The notes under the pieces were generated by a model, which was not told the origin of the DNA, did no database searches, and was given only the letters and a program-made list of their open reading frames with translations. 64,000 bases of DNA from Antedon mediterranea (taxonomy: Eukaryota > Animalia > Echinodermata). The DNA lies in NCBI RefSeq assembly GCF_964355755.1, contig NC_092676.1, positions 24,880,871-24,944,870 of the forward strand, given 5' to 3'. Positions within the stretch are counted from its first letter, which is position 1; every line of letters begins with the position of its first letter. A program made the translations under genes and the position numbers. Of this stretch, positions 27,970-40,772 are shown in pieces.

Positions 27970-28230
27970 AGATACGATACGATAACACTTTATTGTCACA
28001 ACGGCAAAAATATACAGTTATGAGATATGGTTCCTTAGGTACACTCGAGTTAGTATGAATATAACATAAATTACAAGACTAAAATAAATAATAAACAGAG
28101 AAATGTAACAGAAACATGAGTAATAAGCGGACTAACGTTTAAAATCTCTATTGAACAACCCGATAGCTGATGGAATATATGTGTTTCTAAATCTGTTTGT
28201 TTTAACTTTGGGGTGGAGTAATCTACCTGA
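27970..28230 (-). mobile_element. LINE 3' end (CR1/Rex1-group) with (TATCG)n tail
   Basis: Minus translation SGRLLHPKVKTNRFRNTYIPSAIGLFN resembles an ORF2 C-terminus; AATAAA followed by a short tandem tail. Confidence 0.6.
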
Positions 28231-29454
28231 TTAAAGTATATTTACGGAAGAGGCATTATAGTGAATTCTAAGCCACTGTATGATAGTGCACGCAAGGTCC
28301 TGTAAAGTGATATTTTGCAGAGTACTGTCGGACTATTAAGGGGGAATGTGTGTGGGTGGCAATACCTCAGCCCTATTGTACCATTCAAGACAACCGGATA
28401 TGGTAATTCCATGGCATTCATGTTTTTCTCATCGAATGGTTTTTTTTTAATTTCTAAATTTGCATCAAGGTATTTTATGTAGGGTACATTATATTTCATC
28501 CATAATTAAGTTGTCAATATCTTAATGATTGAAATTTGATTCCCCCTATTTGTTAATAGGTAATTTTAATGTAAAATGAAGACAAACGGCAGACAATTGG
28601 TTTCCAGGTAAATGGAACTGTCTATTTTGTCTTTTTATTAGGGAATATATATTTTTTTTCATTCAAAGTTTTTTTTTATTCATATCTATGTTTCCATATG
28701 TTTTGGTTGACTAAATAAAAAAATTTATATTTTACTTGAACTTTTATTTTCTAATGAATTAATTAAATTGACATTTATAATAATTCATAATCTTTATTTT
28801 CTATATTTTGGTGGACAATACATCTTTGAGAGGTGAGCTTCTTTTAAAATTGTTTTTCTTTTAACAAGATGGGCTTCTTTTCAGAGTTGCGTAAGATTCA
28901 AAACTCACAATTACAAATTTATTTTTTGCTTTAATTTTCACTTGAATTTATTAAATTGACATTTATATTTCATTTATTCATTGTTGTTGTCTTGACCAAA
29001 TTTCCCCAGAAAGAAAACAAATTGTTTAGGTTTCGTAAATCTGCGCATGTAAGTTGTTTTTATGCACAGTGTCTATATTTCTGTATATGTTCATAAATGG
29101 GTGAATAAACCCCTTAGTTGAATTACAACCATTCTGTAGGACATGAGAGAACCATGCACAGTATGAGTCACTGTTGGCTTTAGTTTGGTCAAACCTCCAT
29201 CTGCATTGTTGTTTATATTATATTAATTTTTTTTCAATAAAAATGTGTGAATTTCATTTTAATAATTATCTACTTCCTAAAGAAATGCTTGATTTTGTAC
29301 ATTAGTACTGTGGCAGTGTCATTATCATGAATACGTGACAAATAAATGCAATACAGTTAATGTCCTTTAGGACATGTAATGGCTAAAGTCACGGATACTG
29401 ACAAATTAAAATGTCACACCCTTGATTACCAGATGATAATTAAATGCTGAATGT

Positions 29455-29677
29455 TAAACTTCTTAGTAGGAGCAGTGAGGTTTGATAACTTCTTAGTAGG
29501 AGCAGTGATGTTTGATAATTTCTTAGTAGGAGCAGTGAGGTTTGATAACTTCTTAGTAGGAGCAGTGAGGTTTGATAACTTCTTAGTAGGAGCAGTGAGG
29601 TTTGATAACTTTTTAGTAGGAGCAGTGAGGTTTGACAACTTTTTAGTAGGAGCAGTGAGGTTTGATAACTTTTTAGT
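29455..29677. repeat. 30-bp minisatellite (TTCTTAGTAGGAGCAGTGAGGTTTGATAAC), ~7 units
   Basis: Near-perfect tandem units; source of three spurious ORFs. Confidence 0.95.
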
Positions 29678-30509
29678 ATTACCATGCATGGTTCAAAAAG
29701 TGTTACTATTATCATTAAGGCAAACACCTCTCAAAGCAAATATCCACCCACCAAAACCAACTTCACACCCCGACAAAGAGCGTCTGGTTAAAAAAGAATG
29801 ATAAAAACCTATTACAAATACTACACTAATAATCCTTACGTTTTATGTCAAAGACCTTAAAAATATTTTTAATTTTTTCTGTCTTACAAGACGAGAATTG
29901 AACTCAGGACTATAGAAATTATGAGCTGGCACTCAAGCTATAGAACCACTACAATGTAATAACTAAACATTTAAAAAATGGTTTTAAATTTAATTCTTTA
30001 TTGTATTTTAATCCAGAATTTTATGTTTTTCTTAATAGTCATTTACTAAAGTCACCGAATATGGAAAAAACCAACCTATTTATATGGTATTTCCAACAAA
30101 AAACTAGGGATTATGAAAAAAAGCCATTGTATGCAACTCAAATTCATTATTAATGTCCGTTTTATTAGAAGTTTTATTACACAGAATTAATCATGATCAC
30201 AGTATAAAAATCTCATTTACTTCTCATGTATTCCAATGGTGTATCAATAACTGTTGCTGTTACTGACCACCAACAATGGAGTATAAGCGCTTTAGGCATA
30301 TATTAATTTCCTCTAGATTCATGAAGCATCAAGGAAAGCATTAATAACATTTTGCTGCTAATTTTTGAGGAAATGGTTTCCTGTTGCTGTTCATATCACA
30401 TATTAAAAGAACTTAATATTAAAAAAACACTAAGTACCCTGTAGTACTGTAGTAGAGAAAGACAATTTTATATCAATGCAACACATGAAAAAAGCAATTA
30501 ATGGGTGCT

Positions 30510-30540
<31 letters not shown>

Positions 30541-32616
30541 TCATATACCATTCAACATCAAGGTGGTGGGGGCTTGTGGCTTGGCCATTAAAGTTAAAAA
30601 TTGATTGGCCACAGTCAGTAGCATATTGTTTTTTTTTTCAGGAAATATTATATAGTATTGTTTGCTTTTAAAGTTAAAAATTGATTGGCCACAGCATATT
30701 GTTTTATTTCTATCAGGAAATATTATACTGTACTCTTCTCCTAGACAATCATGGTGAATCTTCCCCAACTTTTTTTTTTGACACTCTAGGCCACTGCTAC
30801 ACTACAACTACACTAGTTACTATGTCATACATTTAGGGAGACGTCGATTTACAAAAGACCAAGTACATCCTCCTCATATTGTGCTATGGTTGTCGAATTA
30901 GTTTTTAGTCAGTTTTAGTAGCTACTGTAGCTCTATAGAGGGCAGCACATAGTTTTAAATCCTCTGTTATAGGAAAGAGACATTTGTAGTTAGGAAAATA
31001 TGTTTAAAATGCCTACAATATATTCAAATTAACGAATTCATCCAATAGCATTCTTTAATCCAAGTGACATATTCAGATTTGCAATTCCATGAATATAAAA
31101 AGTTCATTTCGATTCTATTACAATTTGTCATGATATGAAAATCAATAAAATATATACATATATATATTCTAATTCTAGAAAATGTGAAAATATTGTTGGC
31201 TCTACAGAGATACTATACTCCCCACAAGGGTTGCACACCATTTACGCCCACTAGGCGCCTTGCCTACATATTTGCCTTTCAACATTCAAGATTTATAGTG
31301 TGTCTAAACTTGCATGTTATTTTATTACTACAACCTGTATTGTATGGTTGAATAGGAAAGAGAAAATGCTTTCGTTGTCCCATGTGTACGCAATTGATAT
31401 GTATAGTGGAAGTAGCAATTGGACAATAATGGTTAACATATGTGTAGGAAATAGTGAGAAGGGGAACGGAGGCTTCCGTCAAGTCTGTGATATGTGCAAA
31501 TTAATTAGCCAGCTAAAATGTCATTTACATGAACGTTTAACGGACAAATTAGTTGTACTTGGCTGTCATCCAATTGCACTTTTACTTTTGATTGTCACGG
31601 AATCCTGTTGAATCACATTGTTGGCCAAGATGATGGTAGACAATATCACGTTATTGTCGGACAAAACAACTTTTAAAGATGTATTGTCCTCAAAAAAACA
31701 TGAAAAACAATGATGAATAAAATTTAAGGAAAAAGCCATTTTTATAGTTTAAAAGTAATTTCAGTTCACTTTGTGGAGAAAAGATGCAAGAAAGCAAAAA
31801 AAATATCTTGCTTTAATACTAAAAAGAAAAAATACTTTTACACTTACCAAGAAACTGCCTAATCCTCATCTTATTTACAGCTAAGATAATTTTTGTTTCA
31901 ATACATTATCATAAGTACGGTATCATATTATTGCGAAATTTCTAGTGATCAAGCACCATGCCAAACCACGTTTTTATTAGTTTCTTGTGTTAAATGCAAG
32001 TGGTATTGTAATAACTAAAAAAACCATTAAATTTGTTTACACTTTTGCATTATTTAAAGCCAAATTTCAGACCTGCATGTTTCAATGAAACAAAATGCAT
32101 TTAATGCCAATTTTTCAGAACTGTAAAATGGATAATTTCACAGCCTCAAACAGCTTTATAGCTTAAAAGCTATTAAGGTGCTTTTCACACATGAAATTAA
32201 ATTTCAGTAAAAAATTAAAACAAGTACTGAAAATACTTACTGTTCTTTGGATTTCTGGTAAGTTGCAATTTGTTGAAAATCTAAAAAATAAATTCATAAA
32301 AAAAATGTTTTACAAAAGTGATTTTGGAATCGCTGAAGATCTATTTCATTACCAAAAACAAGAATTAACAATCCAAGGATATTATTTTTTTATGGATCAT
32401 CTACCAAAGATGCAGAACCAGCCATGTTGTGTCCTTGTGAATACATGTCAACCTGTGTATTATACATTATTGGGACTTACAAGCTTCATTGGCTTTTTTA
32501 AAGTCTCAGACACTTTTGTTGAAAAAATGAATGAAATCATCTTTTTTCTACAGTTTCTCACACTCTATTGTATACAACATTTTATAGAAAAGAAATTGGT
32601 TATTTGCTAACAATAC

Positions 32617-34937
32617 CTGTACTATTATTATCATCATAAAATGCAGCACTGCTTGTTGAAGGCATTTCTCTTGATGTCTATAATAAAAAATCAAGTTAAT
32701 AAAAACTATACATCATAATTTAATTCTAAAGCCAGGAGAAGATTTAGGGGATAGGGGAGCACACTCCCTTCTATTGGTTAAAATTAATTTTCTGGTATCT
32801 ATTTTTGACTAGAGCTCTCACCAGGAATTGCCCCTGATGAATCTAATATACCACACACATTATTTAAAAATTATTTCATAGACTATGGTAAAAACAGGAG
32901 GATGATCAATATAAACAATTTATCTCAAAAAAGATTTTCTTTTTATCCGTAACCTTTCTTATTATCTTATACAGTATCTGTATAAATTTAGGTGAATGAA
33001 ATATTTCTTGTCCCTACCTTTGATGGGACAGTCTGTGTGACATCTCTAGAAGTCTGTACCGTCAGTAATTCTCTGAACTGGTAAAGCTGCTCTGAAATGA
33101 CTTTATGCAAGTTATTTTGAAACGTTTGGATTTGTTGATCAACTTGGTGTCTCACAGATGCTTCTGAAATCATAAATAACATCACATCTTATAAAAAAAA
33201 ATGTGTATAAAGGCAATGATAAAATGATACCTTCTAAAGCTCATCAGAGTCTTTCTCTCGAGATTTCATAGGGACATCTGTGAAATCTCGGGAGATTTTT
33301 CACAAAATTGTATTCACTGTATTCAAACCTGTTACATTTTGCAGATGTAAAAAGGGTATTGGTATGATTCTGCTGCATGTTCTTGACTCTTACCAAGCTG
33401 GTCAACAATGACCGAAAGATCATAAAGTTCTTCTCCAGCAGCAGTCTCTGATTGGCCATAGTTGATGCTTCTCATAGACGATTCCAAACAGCTGTAGGGG
33501 TCATCCTCCTCGTAGTAGGTGTAATGTGATGAGTACATATCTTCCCTTGTAGTTGACTGCTCCGTTTGATATCTATAGTCCTTTGAAATGAATTAAATGC
33601 AAACAAGATGAGGCTAGAAATTATGGTTTTAGGTATATATTCAACTTTATTTCCAAAAATTGTAATATTATTACACACTGTGGGTTACTTACAAAATCTG
33701 ATATAAGTTTTACATTTCTACCTACAACCACAAAAATGAATGAAAAAATATAGTATATTATGTTATTCTAAGCCCTGACTAAATATTTGCTACGACTCGT
33801 AACTTGGAAAGATGAGTAACTAACCTTGACAGGAATCTCATCTCTTTCAGTACCATATCCAATATTTCCATTCAGGTTTAACCCATCATAGCCAGAGGCC
33901 TCGCTGTTTCTGTGCATCTTTACTGGCAGATGGCCATCATTAAATGTCACGGATTGAGTGGATGAATCACATGAGCTGACAATAGATGGTTGGTTTTGGA
34001 AGTGATCTGCTAATGTCTTGCGACAAATACGTGGTGAGCGTTCTGGTAAATCAACATTATTTGATGACCTTTTCCAAACAGCAAAATCTTGTGAATTATG
34101 AATCCTTTGAATTGACGCTTCTGCAGCACTGCTAGAGTCTTCTGAATTATTTTCAGAGTATTGCTGATGTAGCGAATTCTTTACAGAATTTGATGAATTT
34201 CTTGAAAGAGGCTTATAGGTTTGTGCTTGATTGTACAACCCTGGATTACTAATAATTGATGACTTGTTAGTTTCAGAGTAAAGGACAGTTGATGAACTAA
34301 TGGCAGTGTGCATACTCGAAGAACCAATTGAGCCATCAGTAGATTTGGTCAGAGTTTGTGTACGCTTACCAGCAGTTACCTGGTACTGATTTTCATTTTC
34401 AGACGGTTTATCGTAAGAGGCTGGCCGACGATATTGAGTGTCTACTATGGGATCATTTCTTACATAGGACTGAGTTTCAGTTTTATGATCATAGCGTGCT
34501 GGTACCTGCAATGGATCTTTTGTTTTATAGGGCTGCATTGCAGTTTTGTGACCATAGTGTGCTTGTACCTCTAATGGATCTTTTGTTTTATAGGGCTGCA
34601 TTTCAGTTTTATGACCATAGCGTGCTTGAACCTCTATTGGATCCTTTGTTCTATATGATGGCTGTATTTCAGTTTTATTATAGCTACCATTTTCTTGTAC
34701 CTTTACTGGATCCTTTGTTCTGTATGATGGCTGAATTTCAGTTTTATAGCTACCATGATCTTGTACCTTTACTGGATCCTGATTTCTGTATGGCTTTATT
34801 TCAGTAGGCCTAGTCATAGACATTCCCATCATTAAATCTGACAACTCTTTGGTGAGCAAGTTTCTGCTAGATTTTAAAGAAACATTTGGTAGATCTTGAA
34901 AACTTTCCTCTGATGCCCTTTCACTTACTTTACTCAT
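32617..34937 (-). CDS. Uncharacterised multi-exon gene: disordered Ser/Tyr/Gln-rich protein with tandem repeats and a C-terminal amphipathic helix
   Basis: ATG 34937 (GCCATGA). Phase-compatible AG/GT exons 34937-33825, 33580-33394 (DYRYQTEQ...SVIVDQL), 33163-33018 (EASVRHQVDQQ...VPSK) and 32677-32617 (TSREMPST...). Further 3' exons (e.g. 32280-32241) are uncertain. Confidence 0.75.
34440..34805 (-). repeat. Coding tandem repeat, 6 units of ~63-69 nt (TExQPY+TKDPxxVQxxYxxK)
   Basis: Visible in the 389-aa ORF and in the DNA. Confidence 0.9.
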
Positions 34938-35027
34938 GGCAAATATTCATCAGGTTGAGTTTAAACTAAAAATGAAATATTAATTATTTTATAACAAATA
35001 TGAAATCCTTAAAATTGATACAATATA

Positions 35028-35640
35028 GGTCTAATGTAATCTAGGCCTAGCCTACTGTAGGCCTAGTGCTTATTTTTCTAAATTTTGTTTCCAACGTACA
35101 GGTTTATATTATATTAATTGATCATCATACTAGGCCTGTTAAATAGGCTGAATACCTGTCTGTTTGTATCTAAATAGTAAAAAATCAGCTAGCCTACCGT
35201 AGGCCCTACCTAACTAGTTAAGAGTCCTACTTACTACTAGGGCTAGGCCTACTAGGCTAGGGCTAGCCTAACTTACTAGACCTCTAGTAGGGCTAGTTAG
35301 GCCTTTGTTTTTGTACTATATGTAGGCTAGGCTTGCACTACTGTCTGTATATGTGTACGTGACGTGTGTAGCCTAACTAGCTAGGCCTAGGCTAGGGAGG
35401 CCTAGCCTAGGCCTACCTGGGCCAGGCCTAGCTAGGCTAGCTAGCTAGGCTAGGGCCAGGCCTCTAGATAGTAGGCTAGGCTAGTATAGTAGGTAGTAGG
35501 CTGCTAGACATATGTAGGTTTGGGTTGGAGCCTAGTCCGTTACGAGTTGAACAGCACCCGGAAGGCCTAGCCTACATGCCTAGCGAGTATTATGGAATTC
35601 ATAAATATGTGTAGGAGGCCTGGCCTAGCTAGTAGGCCCT
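35028..35640. other. TAGGCCTA/CTAG-rich low-complexity tract in the first intron of the uncharacterised gene
   Basis: Dense TAGGCCTA, GCTAGC and CTAG palindromes. Confidence 0.75.
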
Positions 35641-35731
35641 GCTTTCCAACCAACTCAACCTGAAAACTGCCGCGCTCCAATACAGCAGCAACACACACAC
35701 ACACACGGGTCGTACACGCTAGCCTACTTAC

Positions 35732-35930
35732 CAGTCGTCGATCAATTGTATTGCGCCCTCATTATATTTTACTACTTTCCAATTCTCTGGTTCCCGTCGT
35801 ATTAGGCTTGAAAACGCACTGCGGTTCATATCTCTCCAATATATGTTTAAAGTTTAAATAAAATTTAATAGCATTTTAAAACAAACGGTGTAGATGTAGA
35901 GAGACGTGTATTAAACATAGTTGATTGGTA
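35732..35930 (-). promoter_or_regulatory. Probable 5' UTR exon and promoter of the uncharacterised gene
   Basis: Strong donor CTG|GTAAGT at 35731, acceptor TTTTTAG at 34966 upstream of the ATG, CpG-richer sequence and a minus-strand CCAAT at ~35925. TSS unknown. Confidence 0.5.
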
Positions 35931-36050
35931 CGACCTTATTCTTTTATCATTTGATATGATACAGAAAATTATAAATAGTTGATTGATAGTTGAATATCTT
36001 GACATTTTAAAGTCATGCATCTACACTGTAGACATTTCTTTACTTTAACT

Positions 36051-39000
36051 CTACATAGATGAATCAAATATCTCTGTTGGTCCATTTTTCTTCTCTTCTC
36101 TTTCACCTCTTACGGCTTTATCAGATATCACATACTTGTCCTTCATTTTCAAACCATCTCTTGCTCCCCAATAACGGTTGGTTTCTCTGCCAATAAACAC
36201 ATTAAATACAATGCACATCGTTTTTTGCCAAGTAATATTTTTCTAACTATATGCCTAACTAATGATGACTTGTTTTGGATGCAAATTGAGCAATGTCTGG
36301 ACTATCAAACCGACTTAATGTGGCTTACTTAAATCATGGAGAGTTATAAATAAGAATGTCACGTGTCATGTTTAGAATTAACTTTCTTCTGACAAACAAT
36401 GAGTAAAATTAAAACTAGCATAGACACACTCAAATGTGATAAATAATACGGTAAAGTACCTTGTAACAAGTTCTGCTTCTTCTATTGTCTGAGGCAGCGG
36501 GTAATTCAAAGTCTCTGGTAAAAGTAGAACCAGTAATCCTGCAGACATTGACGTGAAGCTAAACGCCACCAACGGCAACGGTTTCCAAAGTTTTTCAAGA
36601 AAAAGAATCTGTGGCGCTAGCACACCAGCGAAACGTGACATGAACGAACAGATTCCCAGTCCAATGGTTCTAGTTATTACAATATACAGTAGTAATAAAT
36701 ATTTAAATTTGAACGGTAGCTTTCTATTGTATGGGCCTGGGAAGAATTCCGCCCCGAAGCAGCTGGTAGGCCTAATGGTCTAACATTGGCCTGGTGTAAT
36801 GAAGAGCAACAAAGGAGAGGACATGTTCACAATACTATATTATACTACTAGTGGTAGCAATCATGAATAATGTTATTCTTTATATACACAACTTACCTAA
36901 CATCCGTTGAGAAAATCTCGGCTGTAATTACATACGCTACCATAAATGTCCCAGTCACGAAAAACCGTCCTGTCATTGAAATGGCGGTTCGTATGTCTGG
37001 AAAACTGGAAGCTAAAACAAAGACAATGTATTTCAATCTTCAAAAACACTTGGTTGAAGATGAGGAAGAGATATAAATACATACATCAAACCATGGTCAA
37101 TCAACTTAGGCCTATTTTGTTCATGATCAAACTGACAGTCGAATATAAACAGTCAAAGTCAAAATGAACCGTCAATCTATCTAGAATTGTTATGAAATAA
37201 GCTTGTTACTTAGTGGGCGTACATTATTTTTTCAGCAGAATAAGTACAGTAATAATTCTCCTAAACTTAACTTCCTCCTTCAAATCGGGTAAACGTCATA
37301 TGATAGTTCTACTATTCCACCTCCCCTATCCCACCCCCCCTTTTCTTTCTAACAGAAATATTAAACAAATAAATGTTTATTTATCTTGACTTATCTTAAA
37401 CAAATAATTGCAATCATTCTCAATTCAAATATTGTACTTACGTATCCAAATATTAATAAATGACATAGTACCGGTAAATAACAAACAAATCGCCAATATG
37501 CTACGTCTGCCAAACCTTTGACTGCCGATTATACTAGCGAATGTGGCAACAAACTCTAACACGCCCATGACACAGATTCCAACGTATACATTGACATCGA
37601 GGCCTTCGACACCGTACGTCAACCCGTAGTAGACAAGACATGCCGTGAACCTGGTTGCAAAAATGTACGAGAAATGAAGGAAATATTTTACTAATACTGA
37701 ACTATGTCTATTAATTCTACGTACGAGACAGACGAATACAATACAATCGGTACACCGGTATACAGATAAATTAAAATAATATAAATTATCCATTTACCAA
37801 CAGTAGATAAGAATGAGTGTTTTCCTTCTCATGTTTGAGTAGCGGAAGATGTTGAGAACAGACGCAAAGGTTGACGGTAGTTTAGTTGAATCCTGGCGAG
37901 AAAAACAAATTGTCTGTTAATGATATGACTAAAGTAATGGTATCGTATAAAGAAATGAGAGAGACGGAATAAGGGTGAAAATAGTTATGGACCCGACGCT
38001 ATCTCAAGACGACTCGTAAGTCAAGACATTTCGTCGGGCCTCTTCGTACGACGCTGTCTGAGTTGTTGGCCTTTAGATTAAACTTACCTCTTGTTGTTCA
38101 AGGTGGTCAATAACGTTATCTGGTAAGTCTTTGTTGTTGAATTTTGCGATCTTCTGAAGAATAGCCTTAGCTTCTTTCTGTTTGTTTTTCAACAGTAACC
38201 ATCGAGGCGACTCTGGAATGAAGCTGTATAACAAAGAGGTATGTAGCCAATACTTATCCTAAACAGAGTTTTAAATGTTATAAACCATTACGTCAGTATA
38301 TTATACAACATTCTTAATCTGTATTTTGTCAAAACAACTGTTTTTGCTTAATCCACCTCTGTAGAAAAGCTCTCTTCCATTTTTGTAGATTGAATTAGAA
38401 TTGGTAAGTAATAATTATATTCAGTCAGTTTCACTTTTTTAAACTCAAGCTCTCCGTTACCATAAACAATACACAGATGTTACTTACAAGTACACGATTA
38501 ATATTGGCACAGGGCATACACTACCGATGAGAAGTAAATTTCTCCACGATCTAATGAAATACGCCATGAAAGCAAGTATCACAAATCCTAGGCTGTGGTA
38601 GACTTGAACCATTAACGTCATAAACCCACGCTTTGATGGGCCAACGAACTCATTAACTGATAGAAAGACAAAATAAGGTGAGACTAATAGCCCAATAAAT
38701 ACAAGCCTATCCTAACTCTGTCCCCAAGTTTAAAGCTCTGTCTACACTATGAAACTTTATTTGACAAAAAAAATTGATGTGCCCATCTGTATGGTAGTGA
38801 CGGTATTTTAGCGGATCGACACTGATTGTATTGTACTGTGATACACATTGTACTTTGGTGGTCTTAAAATAATAACTTATTGAACTCACCATAAACGAAC
38901 AGAGATAGGTACATGCCAATACTAACACAACCATGTATAATACGGACAACGAAAAAACCCCAGTAAGTTTTGGTAAACGACGCTACAATGCCGGCCAGTA

Positions 39001-40508
39001 TCCTCAAAAGAAGCGCCAAAATGACTCCACGTTTTCTTCCAAAGCTATATAGGAGTAATATTAAAATCATCAGAGAAACTGTCTGTGACGAAATCAGCAA
39101 ATGGGTGGCGATAAAATCGTATGTTTATTTATTCTGTCCATGACTGCCGAGAAAATAGCATAACATTGTTGAGTGATGTAGTCTGGGTTCCAGACGGAGT
39201 TTTGACTTAATAATTAGTAAAAAGATAAATATTTTGGCACATATGGCGTTTCATACGTACACTACTTGAGCTTGTATTTTCTAAACGTCGACTGGTGGAC
39301 TAACATAAAAAAGACAATAAATACAGACTTGGGGCAAGTGATGACGCATGTAACTGATAAAAATGATGATTATAGTACTCATATAGATGTGATTAATATA
39401 TTTTTAAGTAATATATTATAATCTATGATATACTTACTAATCGCATACTGCTCCAAATATGATAGATCCAAAGAAAAAGCCAAATAGGTACGATGATGCG
39501 GCTAGCGATACTTTGTAACTATCGTCACAGACGAGATCGAACTGCAGAGAAAAGCAAATCTTACGCTCTATCTACACTATCAAACAAAAAATGTGATGTG
39601 CCTAAATATGGAAGTGATATGCTATGTTAGTGATAGGACATTATCATGTCCATGGGCACATCAACATTGTTTTGTCACATAAAGTTTGATAGTGTAGTCA
39701 GAGCTGTTTAAAGCTGTGACTACATATTAAAAGATGTAGTATGGAGTTTTCAGTGTAGGCCTAAGAAGAAAACATGTATGGACTATGGGCTTTTATATCA
39801 AGTATTTTAAATAGAACATGATTGGATTATTAAGGCACTTTTTAAAAACAATTGTTTTGTACGGGAAATGTTCATGTTGATTCCTATTATTAGTGTTTTG
39901 TCTGTATTATTATATAAAAGTATAATATAGGCCTATTTTAACATGTTTAAATAAGTGGAACTTCGACAGCGATAAGCTTTTTGAAGCATTGTTGCCGATA
40001 AGGCATGCATGCATTTAACGAGTCATCGTCGTTGGAAATAAATACTTTCGTTAATCATTCTATTGACCAGACGGCAAATAGATTTGTAGGATACGGACAT
40101 TTATTTTCATTTCAAACACTCCATCTAAATATTTACCTCTGATACTATAGTTGATTCGTATTGAGATTGGTCATATGTCCATCCATATTTGCATTTTGTA
40201 ATTTGCGTTTCGTTACTTCCGGCGAGATTCGTGTACATTCTGCACTTGGTTTCGTTAATAAAGGCTGTGCTCACATCATCTGATGGGAACATCAGGTTGT
40301 CTAAACCGCATTCATATTCTGTTCCACTACAACTGGTATTTTCTAAGCTGTTTCGAACTTTACAGTAATGATCCATCTTGCCATTGTAGAAGACCGTTCC
40401 AATATTTCCAAACACATTCGAGATGATAACGCATAAAACTACATTTACGAGTATTTTGTGATAACGATCATATTCTCCAGTGTACTTAAACACATGGTCG
40501 AATTTCAT
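36051..40508 (-). CDS. SLC22 family organic ion transporter (MFS), copy A, 10 exons, 566 aa
   Basis: Exons 40508-40137, 39541-39438, 39044-38890, 38656-38488, 38223-38088, 37892-37798, 37650-37442, 37011-36897, 36669-36460, 36186-36051 (1701 nt, all GT-AG). Motifs: CKYGWTYD..STIVSEFDLVC, FGRKR, PESPRWL, LPET; ends DSSM*. Confidence 0.92.
37990..38074. mobile_element. MITE fragment (family 3, TIR GGCCAACT)
   Basis: CGACGCTGTCTGAGTTGTTGGCCTTTA is the reverse complement of the element at 63571. Confidence 0.55.
38734..38810. mobile_element. Harbinger-like MITE family 1, truncated (intron 3, copy A)
   Basis: TAA-AGCTCTGTCTACACTATGAAAC. Confidence 0.65.
39564..39705. mobile_element. Harbinger-like MITE family 1 (intron 1, copy A)
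   Basis: Both TIRs present; ~20 nt from the exon 2 acceptor. Confidence 0.75.
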
Positions 40509-40699
40509 TTCTATTGTTTGTAACTAACAACTTCAGTCCTTACGGTATCTAAAAACATGAGTTGAAATAAATGTATGTAACTTGTTGGTTCAAAATGATT
40601 TTATGTTACTTTTATCAGTTCGTGATATTACCGTATTTATTTATGAATATCTTGTTATATTAATACATACATATTTTACTAACATTATTACAAACATTG

Positions 40700-40772
40700 A
40701 CTCGATTTGATTGGTCGATTAGCTTGCGTTGCGGCTTACGTCAATGCGTTGCGTCTTAGTGGGAACCAAGCT
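40700..40772. mobile_element. Harbinger-like MITE family 2, right half
   Basis: GATTGGTC..TTGCGTTGCG..TAGTGGGAACCAAGCT-TTA. Confidence 0.65.

Noticed and set aside
29426-29801. Three overlapping repetitive ORFs (LSNLTAPTKK etc.)
   Set aside because: Translations of a 30-bp minisatellite; no supporting gene structure seen.
31845-32565. Additional candidate 3' exons of the unknown gene (32565-32481, 32452 onward, 32280-32241, 31880-31848)
   Set aside because: Splice-like signals exist, but the phases do not give a single consistent path; left unresolved.
34356-34807. Plus-strand repetitive ORFs (149 aa and 72 aa)
   Set aside because: Antisense shadows of the minus-strand coding repeat.
34810-34860. 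Paxillin LD-like motif (TKELSDLMMGMS) suggesting a paxillin/LIM protein
   Set aside because: Does not fit LDxLLxxL, and I found no LIM-domain exons downstream.
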